From Clostridia bacterium (GTDB taxonomy: Bacteria > Bacillota > Clostridia > TANB77 > UBA1234), in NCBI GenBank assembly GCA_017521465.1, contig JAFXCN010000003.1:1-19705 (forward strand): a stretch of DNA of 19,705 bases. Direction: 5' to 3'. Of the stretch, positions 1 to 5,991 are shown one piece after another. The translations under genes and the position numbers were made by a program. How positions within the stretch are numbered: position 1 is the stretch's first letter; every line of letters begins with the position of its first letter. The notes under the pieces were generated by a model. It ran no database searches, was not told where the DNA came from, and saw nothing but the letters and a program-made list of their open reading frames with translations.

Positions 1-60
1 CATGCAGATATGTTGCAAAAGGCTATGTGGATGCTGAATGCAACTCCAAAGCTTGATTGA
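1..60 (+). CDS. 3' end of an upstream CDS (C-terminus ...HADMLQKAMWMLNATPKLD*), product unknown
   Basis: Frame 1 is open from the window edge to TGA at 58-60. An intrinsic terminator follows immediately. Confidence 0.4.
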   Translation, partial: HADMLQKAMWMLNATPKLD

Positions 61-78
61 ATTGTTGGAAAAATATAA

Positions 79-118
79 ATGCCAATGAGGTAATTCTCAT
101 TGGCATATATTTTTTATT
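79..118 (+). terminator. Rho-independent terminator (11-bp stem atgccaatgag/ctcattggcat, then T-run)
   Basis: Perfect inverted repeat 79-89/96-106 with a 6-nt loop, followed by atattttttatt. Confidence 0.7.
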
Positions 119-120
119 GC

Positions 121-158
121 TGCTAATGGTGACTGCCAATGGGGACGGACTCATTGGC
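121..158. repeat. Short interspersed hairpin repeat (tgctaatgg...GGACGGACTCATTGGC), copy 1
   Basis: The 16-nt core ggacggactcattggc (143-158) recurs identically at 19568-19583. Stem gccaatg/cattggc. The element at 19559-19583 looks like the same sequence minus a 13-bp internal duplication. Confidence 0.6.
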
Positions 159-240
159 CCTTATATCATTAAGTAAAAAAAGCTGAAGGCTCTCACACCT
201 CCAGTTTTTTTACTTATGGTATTCTATGTGAAAAAACAGG

Positions 241-269
241 TTGACAAAATGTGCAAAACAATATATTAT
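241..269 (+). promoter_or_regulatory. Sigma-A type promoter (TTGACA, 17-nt spacer, TATTAT)
   Basis: TTGACA at 241-246 and TATTAT at 264-269. RBS GGAGGA at 291-296 lies 7 nt before the ATG at 304. Confidence 0.6.
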
Positions 270-303
270 GTACACGAAATTATATTAATAGGAGGAAATC
301 ACC

Positions 304-714
304 ATGGCCTGGTTTAACAAGTCGAATGAAGAGAACAAGTATGTATTGGTTACGACAATTTTAAAAGAACGGTATGGCAGATTTGGTGACATCAAAACTA
401 ATTACAGTATGAAGTATCGTCCTCGCACCGAAATTTCTTATGACAAAGTTGATGCGGTGCTTAAAAAGTTTATTGAAAAAATTGATGATGAATCATTCGT
501 CACACTCAGAGAATTTGAACGTGAGCCTTATGATAGTGCTAATGCTGTTGTAGGTGGACCTGTTCGTGGATGCAATGGATTTTATTTTTACATTCTTAAG
601 GAAGACATTTCTAAGATTGAAACTGATGAACCAATTCATGTTCTCTGTATGGCTGATGCATTTCCTGATGACAGAGAAGAATTTCTTGATATGGTAAAGC
701 TTTTTTGCGACTAA
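304..714 (+). CDS. Hypothetical cytoplasmic protein, 136 aa, no recognisable family
   Basis: Complete ORF with a strong RBS, its own promoter and its own terminator. Confidence 0.75.
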   Translation: MAWFNKSNEENKYVLVTTILKERYGRFGDIKTNYSMKYRPRTEISYDKVDAVLKKFIEKIDDESFVTLREFEREPYDSANAVVGGPVRGCNGFYFYILKEDISKIETDEPIHVLCMADAFPDDREEFLDMVKLFCD

Positions 715-725
715 ATAAAATGCAA

Positions 726-760
726 AATGCTGCTCTAATTTTTAGAGCAGCATTTTTGTA
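726..760 (+). terminator. Rho-independent terminator
   Basis: Inverted repeat aatgctgctctaa/ttagagcagcatt followed by ttttt. Confidence 0.75.
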
Positions 761-782
761 AAAAATAGTTATCTAAGTATAT

Positions 783-811
783 TTGACATTGAGAAAGTTT
801 TGTAATATCAT
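783..811 (+). promoter_or_regulatory. Promoter (TTGACA, 17-nt spacer, TATCAT) driving a leader transcript
   Basis: TTGACA at 783-788. The -10-like tatcat/taatat lies around 803-811. Confidence 0.45.
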
Positions 812-842
812 ATTTTAAACAAACTAAGAAAGAAGAATGTTT

Positions 843-926
843 ATGAATACTAATTTCAATTATGAAATTAATAGAAGACACGAAGCATGGATGAAAGATC
901 GTTCATGTTTATTTGTCGTATTCTAA
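843..926 (+). CDS. Possible 27-aa leader peptide/small ORF (MNTNFNYEINRRHEAWMKDRSCLFVVF)
   Basis: ATG..TAA ORF sits between the promoter at 783 and the terminator at 948-987. Its SD (agaaagaag) is weak, so coding status is uncertain. Confidence 0.25.
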   Translation: MNTNFNYEINRRHEAWMKDRSCLFVVF

Positions 927-947
927 AACTAGTTTACAGATAAATTG

Positions 948-987
948 AGCATGTGCGATTAATTAATTTTCGCACATGCTTTTTTTG
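948..987 (+). terminator. Intrinsic terminator/attenuator immediately upstream of the M20 peptidase RBS
   Basis: 10-bp stem agcatgtgcg/cgcacatgct with a 13-nt loop and a TTTTTTT run. Only about 17 nt separate it from the RBS at 1004-1009. Confidence 0.7.
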
Positions 988-1016
988 TATAAATTATTAA
1001 AAAAGGAGGTATATTT

Positions 1017-2048
1017 ATGGAAAAGTACAAGGTTTTAAAAAAGCTTGTAGAGCTTGATACTATTAAGAACAAAGAAAATGAACAACTAATGACATATGTA
1101 GAAAAAATTTTACAAGCTAAAGGATTTCAGACAGAAACAAAAGACAAAAATTTAGTTATGAGTATAGGTGACAATCCAAGATTAGGTTTTCTTGGACATA
1201 TGGATACAGTGGAGTTTATTTCTGGATGGAATAATAAGCCACATGATTTCACAATAAAAGACAAGCAGATATTTGGTCTTGGAACGTGTGATATGAAAGG
1301 TGGAATTGCTGCAATGATTGATGCAATTAATGAAATTGATTTTTCTAAATTGAAGTATGGGATGAAAATATACCTTACTTATGATGAAGAAATAAGTTTT
1401 GCAGGGACATATGATCTAGTTAATCAAAAAGAAAAATTTCCTGAGGTGATGATTTTTGGAGAACCTACGAATAATAAAGTATTGATAGGATGTAAAGGAT
1501 TGTTAGAATGTGAGTGCAAATTTAAAGGGAAAAAAGTGCATTCTAGTACACCAGATAAAGGGGTAAGTGCAAATTTAAATGCAGTGAAATTTATATATGA
1601 AATAAATGAATTTTATGAAAAATATATAAAGGGCGTTAATGAACCAAAATTTGAAGTTCCATATACAACTATGAATGTTGGAATTTTGAATGGAGGAAGT
1701 GCAAAGAATTCTGTTCCAGCCGAATGTTATGCAACATTTGATTTTAGAACAGCAAAAGAAGAACATGCCGATATACTTTTAGACAAGTTAAATCAACTTT
1801 CAGAAAAGTATGATTGTAATGTTAATGTGATTGAAAAGATTTCTCCGTTTATAAATGAAGTTGAATTTGTTAAATCAGATGGTTGCGCAAGTTTTATGAC
1901 TGAAGCAAGTTTGATAAGTACAAACACCAAAATAATTTTAGGAACAGGACCGGTTACGGCTCATGAAATTAATGAATATATAACGATAGATAGTTATGAA
2001 AAGTTAATTAAGCAATATAAAGAAATAATAAGTAAAGTTTGTAAGTAA
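1017..2048 (+). CDS. M20 family metallopeptidase (ArgE/DapE-like: acetylornithine deacetylase or succinyl-diaminopimelate desuccinylase type)
   Basis: 343 aa. Family-like motifs GHMDTV, GxxDMKGG and a metal-binding Glu region. RBS AGGAGG at 1004-1009. Confidence 0.85.
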   Translation: MEKYKVLKKLVELDTIKNKENEQLMTYVEKILQAKGFQTETKDKNLVMSIGDNPRLGFLGHMDTVEFISGWNNKPHDFTIKDKQIFGLGTCDMKGGIAAMIDAINEIDFSKLKYGMKIYLTYDEEISFAGTYDLVNQKEKFPEVMIFGEPTNNKVLIGCKGLLECECKFKGKKVHSSTPDKGVSANLNAVKFIYEINEFYEKYIKGVNEPKFEVPYTTMNVGILNGGSAKNSVPAECYATFDFRTAKEEHADILLDKLNQLSEKYDCNVNVIEKISPFINEVEFVKSDGCASFMTEASLISTNTKIILGTGPVTAHEINEYITIDSYEKLIKQYKEIISKVCK

Positions 2049-2227
2049 TGTGTGTGGAGTCAGCATTATATATGTCATTATAATTTTAAAAGTTATTCTA
2101 ATTACAAAATAGCTTTGCATATTAATATATTTAACGTAAAACGAACAAAATAAGAGAAAACGAGAGAAAAATGCGCAAAACATTAATTATTTGATTATAA
2201 AGAAATGTAAAAAAGTTTACACGAAAC

Positions 2228-2256
2228 TTGAAAAGATTTACATAAAATTGTATAAT
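2228..2256 (+). promoter_or_regulatory. Promoter with extended -10 (TTGAAA, 17-nt spacer, TGTATAAT)
   Basis: TTGAAA at 2228-2233 and TGTATAAT at 2249-2256. Confidence 0.5.
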
Positions 2257-2330
2257 TAAAATATGTCAAAACAAAAAAATTTTATGGAAGAGAGGATGCT
2301 TCGGACTGACATACCGAAGCGAACAATGTG

Positions 2331-3011
2331 ATGAAGGTAGCTTTTGCTGACGCTAAGGAAATGACTGCACGGGTGATTGCTGAGTATGCTCAGAAAACCA
2401 TGATCAAGGTTGCTCTCGACAATGTTGTCTTTGACAGGCTGGGTGAAGTGCCTCTTCTGGAGATGCTTATGAACCTGTCAGTTGTCACGAAGGAACATAT
2501 CGAAGGCACCACCTACGACAAGAAGAGTTTCCAAATGGTGATGCGAATCATCAACGGGAAGCTCCTTATGCGTGGACAGGACCTGGTTGAAAGGCCTGAT
2601 GCCTATGCATGGCAGACGAGCAAGGTGGTCAAGGCCAAGAACAAGAAGGCTCTTGGTTTCCATTCGGTGGAAGGTGCTCAGACCTATGCTCAGGTCTTGG
2701 GTACTATTCAGAGCCAGTACGAGAGGGAACTCTTTACTGATCTTCTGGTGAATTGGTCCAAGGACCTGGTTCTCATTCACACTGATCCCGAAGAACGTCA
2801 GGTGATTGAGGTGACGGAAGAGCTGATTATGAGCGGCATTACGGCTGTTCCCAACAGTTACGACATCGAGTGGCCTGCTGAAGGCGCTGACGGTGTCGAA
2901 CTGACGCCCATCAAGATGGGTGATGCGCTCGTGATTGAGCAGTGTTCGTTCGGCCCCGCGTTTTACGTTGTGGGGAAGGATGAGTACGAGCTCACCCATA
3001 TTCCTGCATAA
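2331..3011 (+). CDS. Hypothetical protein encoded in a GC-rich (about 50% GC) island; function unknown
   Basis: 226 aa from the ATG at 2331 (the track ORF starts at the GTG at 2328). Base composition differs sharply from the flanks. No SD is present. The start overlaps the stop of a 15-codon upstream mini-ORF (ATGTGATG). A GC-rich terminator follows. Confidence 0.6.
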   Translation: MKVAFADAKEMTARVIAEYAQKTMIKVALDNVVFDRLGEVPLLEMLMNLSVVTKEHIEGTTYDKKSFQMVMRIINGKLLMRGQDLVERPDAYAWQTSKVVKAKNKKALGFHSVEGAQTYAQVLGTIQSQYERELFTDLLVNWSKDLVLIHTDPEERQVIEVTEELIMSGITAVPNSYDIEWPAEGADGVELTPIKMGDALVIEQCSFGPAFYVVGKDEYELTHIPA

Positions 3012-3020
3012 AAACTCTCG

Positions 3021-3056
3021 GCCCCGGTGAAATTTTCACCGGGGGCTTTTTTACGC
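3021..3056 (+). terminator. GC-rich intrinsic terminator (ccccggtga/tcaccgggg, then CTTTTTT)
   Basis: 9-bp G+C-rich stem with a 5-nt loop and a T-run. The composition matches the GC-rich gene, not the host. Confidence 0.75.
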
Positions 3057-3099
3057 CCAAAATAGTTGATCAAATATATTTGATATTGAAAAAGATTTA

Positions 3100-3129
3100 T
3101 TGGCATTACAAATTAGCAGTGATATAATA
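3100..3129 (+). promoter_or_regulatory. Promoter (TTGGCA, 18-nt spacer, TATAAT), preceded by the 14-bp palindrome TCAAATATATTTGA (3070-3083)
   Basis: Consensus -10 TATAAT at 3124-3129. A perfect palindrome about 17 nt upstream of the -35 is a candidate operator. Confidence 0.55.
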
Positions 3130-3159
3130 CTGTTAGAAAAAATGTAGGAGTGATTATAG

Positions 3160-3831
3160 ATGAGTATGCAAAATGAAATAACACTTACATGTAAAGATTG
3201 TGGCCATAGCCAAAATTTTACTATGTGGAATAGTATTAATATTGTTTTAAATCCAGAATTGAATGATAAGCTAAAAAATCAATCTTTGTTTAGGTTTAAA
3301 TGCGAAGAGTGCGGGGAAGAATTTACTGTAGAATATCCCGTTTTATATCATGACGCAAATAATAAATTTATGATTCAATATTTGCCAGATACAGCTTCAA
3401 AAGAAGATGTAGAAAAATTTGAAAAAGAAAAAGAAGATGCTATAGATGTTTTAAATCAATTTACTAATATGGGATATAAATTTAGAGCAGTTAGAACAAG
3501 AGGAAATCTTATTAGTAAAATTTATACTTTCGAAAATGGTTTAAATGATTTACCAGTAGAATTTTTAAAAAATGTTGTTTATAATGAGTCGCCAGAAGAA
3601 ATGAGAAATAATCTAGTAGATATTCGTTTTGATGGTATAGATGATGAAAATAAATTAATGTTTATTTTAATTTATAATGATGGAAATTCGCTTATGTGTA
3701 AGATACCAAAAAACACATATGATGATGCAATAACTAATTTAGAATTTATAGAACCAGAATATTATTCAGAAGTTACAATGAATAATGTATTTGGATATAT
3801 AAAGAAAGAAGCAGAAAAGGAAGGAGAATAA
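3160..3831 (+). CDS. Zinc-ribbon protein with two CxxC pairs (CpXC-domain-like), 223 aa
   Basis: N-terminal CKDCG...(31 residues)...CEECGE arrangement. RBS GGAG at 3147-3150. Confidence 0.7.
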   Translation: MSMQNEITLTCKDCGHSQNFTMWNSINIVLNPELNDKLKNQSLFRFKCEECGEEFTVEYPVLYHDANNKFMIQYLPDTASKEDVEKFEKEKEDAIDVLNQFTNMGYKFRAVRTRGNLISKIYTFENGLNDLPVEFLKNVVYNESPEEMRNNLVDIRFDGIDDENKLMFILIYNDGNSLMCKIPKNTYDDAITNLEFIEPEYYSEVTMNNVFGYIKKEAEKEGE

Positions 3832-3832
3832 T

Positions 3833-4561
3833 ATGAAAAAAATTTTATTAGTTTTATCAATTTTGTCATTAGTAAGTTTTGTAGGTTGTAGTGAAAAAAA
3901 GGTAGAAGATCATGTGCAAAATAATGTTGTAGAAAATCAAGAGCAAAATAACGTTGGAGAAAATCAAGAAGAATTGAACAATAATGAAAATATAGAACTG
4001 CCGGTGGAAGAATTAACTCTTAATAAAGAAAAAATAGCTGATTTAGTTAAATCTGGAGTTAAAGTAGAAAATGAAACAATAGGAAATATAAGTTTAAGTG
4101 GAAATAAATATAAGTTAGAATATGGAAAAAATAGCGAAGATACATTTGCATTAATTGCATATACTGAAAATAATGAAGCAAATATAGAATTAGCAATATG
4201 GAATGTGGATGATCCAATAGAGGTAACAGAACTAACAATATTTAAAGATAAGTATTTAGTTGTTGCATATAAAAATCCATATAATGAAAAGCAATCAGCA
4301 TTGCAAATATATGATGAAAATTTGAATAGGATTGAACTAATTCTTACTGGTGTTATATTTGATGAACAAACAAAGGAATTTAAATATGAGGTTCAAGAAA
4401 ATAAAATCTTAGTTTCAGAATATCAATTTATGGAACCAAATCAAGAAAATCAACACAATTTATATCGTGTAGATTATGAACTTGTAGAAGAAAACGGCAA
4501 ATTAATTCGTAATACAATAAATGAAGATAAGACAGACACTGCTTTTACAGCTGCAACTTAA
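3833..4561 (+). CDS. Lipoprotein, hypothetical (lipobox FVGC)
   Basis: Signal peptide MKKILLVLSILSLVSFVGC. The start lies 1 nt after the previous stop, so the two genes are translationally coupled as an operon. Confidence 0.75.
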   Translation: MKKILLVLSILSLVSFVGCSEKKVEDHVQNNVVENQEQNNVGENQEELNNNENIELPVEELTLNKEKIADLVKSGVKVENETIGNISLSGNKYKLEYGKNSEDTFALIAYTENNEANIELAIWNVDDPIEVTELTIFKDKYLVVAYKNPYNEKQSALQIYDENLNRIELILTGVIFDEQTKEFKYEVQENKILVSEYQFMEPNQENQHNLYRVDYELVEENGKLIRNTINEDKTDTAFTAAT

Positions 4562-4643
4562 AATCAATGCCGATCGGGAATATCAAATTCATTATTAGGT
4601 GAAATAAGAAAGATTTTGGAAAAGAAATATATAAAATAGAATA

Positions 4644-4676
4644 AAAGGTGCTATATAAATTAGCACCTTTTTGTTT
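4644..4676. terminator. Bidirectional-looking intrinsic terminator between convergent genes
   Basis: Stem aaaggtgcta/tagcaccttt with a T-run on the + strand. The A-rich 5' side gives a weaker T-run on the - strand. Confidence 0.6.
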
Positions 4677-4681
4677 TTAAA

Positions 4682-4903
4682 TTAATTAAACAAACCTTTA
4701 ATTTTACCTAAAAGTCCGCTGTCATCTAATTTAATTTTAGCTTTAACAGCATCGATAAAGTCGTTGATTTTATCATCTGGTAAATCAATTCCAATTACTC
4801 CTTCAAGAGCTTTAACTGGATCTTCTTGAAACTTTTTAGCAAAATCAGGATCAGCCTTAACTTTTGCTACTACTTCTTCGATTTTTTCTTTTAATTCTTC
4901 CAT
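4682..4903 (-). CDS. Small acidic protein, 73 aa (MEELKEKIEEVVAKVKADPDFAKKFQEDPVKALEG...), weak Nif11-leader-like pattern
   Basis: GGAGG RBS (rc of 4911-4916) with 7-nt spacing to the ATG (rc of 4901-4903). The longer track ORF start has no RBS. Confidence 0.65.
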   Translation of the reverse strand: MEELKEKIEEVVAKVKADPDFAKKFQEDPVKALEGVIGIDLPDDKINDFIDAVKAKIKLDDSGLLGKIKGLFN

Positions 4904-4924
4904 TAATATCGCCTCCATAAAAGT

Positions 4925-4952
4925 ATTATATAAAAAAATAGTCAAAAGTCAA
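4925..4952 (-). promoter_or_regulatory. Minus-strand promoter (TTGACT, 16-nt spacer, TATAAT) for the 73-aa gene
   Basis: rc of 4947-4952 is TTGACT and rc of 4925-4930 is TATAAT. Confidence 0.6.
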
Positions 4953-4989
4953 AGATTTTAGTAAGGTTCGCACAAAATTCAAAATTGTG

Positions 4990-5018
4990 TTGACATAATG
5001 AAATAAAGGTGATAGAAT
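4990..5018 (+). promoter_or_regulatory. Strong promoter (TGTGTTGACATAAT ... GTGATAGAAT), divergent from the minus promoter
   Basis: TTGACA at 4990-4995, a 17-nt spacer, then TAGAAT at 5013-5018 with TG at -15/-14. The near-identical architecture recurs at 15774-15802. Confidence 0.65.
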
Positions 5019-5081
5019 GGCGGTAATTTAATAGGTTTACGTATTCTCTTTAGATATGGATAGAGAAAAGGAGGAAACAAA

Positions 5082-5858
5082 ATGGCAAAAGCAACAGAGA
5101 AGCGGCATGGATTTTGGAAGCGATTTATTTCAATTGTAGTAACTATAATATGGTTTCCTTTTTTCCTAGTAGGATTATGGAATATTGTAACTTGGATTGT
5201 GGGCGAACCACTTAAAAGTGATATGATTGAAATTCGAGAAAATGTATTTAATTGGTGCTATGACAATGTGATTATGGAAATTATTCCTGCAGATGAAATC
5301 ACAACACAATCAACAGAAGAAACTGAAGAGTTTGTGGCAATCCAAGAAATTAATTCGACAGAAGAGGATTATTCAGAAACTGACGAAGAGATTGCGATAG
5401 ATGGCATGCGACTTAGGAATATTTCTTCGTATAAAATTACAGAGTACATTGATTTTACAATTCCATATGAATGGACTTTTGGTAAAGTCGAGGTTGGTGA
5501 TACTGCAATGGAAGAATCGATTGCGATAACTAACACTAGAACGACAATGATTATTTCCATGCAGGATATTGAAATGGAAAAAACGTCCGAAGCGTTGAAG
5601 ATACGTAGAGATGCAATGATGTTTGATTTGGAAAACAAGTATCCTAACTATGTGTTTGAAAAAGCGGATTTTATTATCGGTAATGTTGCAGTAATCAAAG
5701 CGACTGCAGATAATAGCGACACGAAGATTTATGTGGCTATTATTCCTGTTCAGAACAAGACGATTATTGTAAATTATTCATTTAATAAAAATGATATTTT
5801 GGAAGGTGAATTGTATTTTACGATTGCAATTGCAGAAATGCTTGAAAGTATTGAATAA
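5082..5858 (+). CDS. Membrane-anchored hypothetical protein (N-in single TM, extracytoplasmic acidic domain), 258 aa
   Basis: RBS AAGGAGG at 5068-5074. Basic N-terminus followed by TM IVVTIIWFPFFLVGLWNIVTWIV. GC moderately above background. Confidence 0.7.
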   Translation: MAKATEKRHGFWKRFISIVVTIIWFPFFLVGLWNIVTWIVGEPLKSDMIEIRENVFNWCYDNVIMEIIPADEITTQSTEETEEFVAIQEINSTEEDYSETDEEIAIDGMRLRNISSYKITEYIDFTIPYEWTFGKVEVGDTAMEESIAITNTRTTMIISMQDIEMEKTSEALKIRRDAMMFDLENKYPNYVFEKADFIIGNVAVIKATADNSDTKIYVAIIPVQNKTIIVNYSFNKNDILEGELYFTIAIAEMLESIE

Positions 5859-5921
5859 GTTTAACATGTTTAAATAGAAAAGGGATGGCTAAGGCAAAGC
5901 CCTCTTGACTAAAAAATAAAT

Positions 5922-5958
5922 GAAGAGGGCTCTTATAGGGCCCTCTTCCCCTTTTTTC
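5922..5958 (+). terminator. Intrinsic terminator with a competing upstream pairing partner (attenuator-like)
   Basis: Stem gaagagggc (5922-5930) / gccctcttc (5940-5948), then CCCTTTTTT. An upstream copy of gccctctt (5899-5906) can alternatively pair with 5923-5930. Confidence 0.55.
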
Positions 5959-5991
5959 ATAAAAAATACTCAGATGAAAGGAGAAAGAAAC

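Noticed and set aside
818-987. T-box riboswitch upstream of the M20 peptidase
   Set aside because: No T-box conserved motif (AATTAGGGTGGNACCGCG), no specifier-loop architecture, and the leader is too short.
1575-1766. 63-aa minus-strand ORF inside the M20 peptidase gene
   Set aside because: Antisense to a well-supported gene. It is an AT-rich low-complexity peptide with no RBS.
2478-2999. 173-aa minus-strand ORF inside the GC-rich gene
   Set aside because: High GC makes antisense frames stop-poor. The ORF has no RBS, and its peptide is low-complexity. The sense frame has the terminator and start context.
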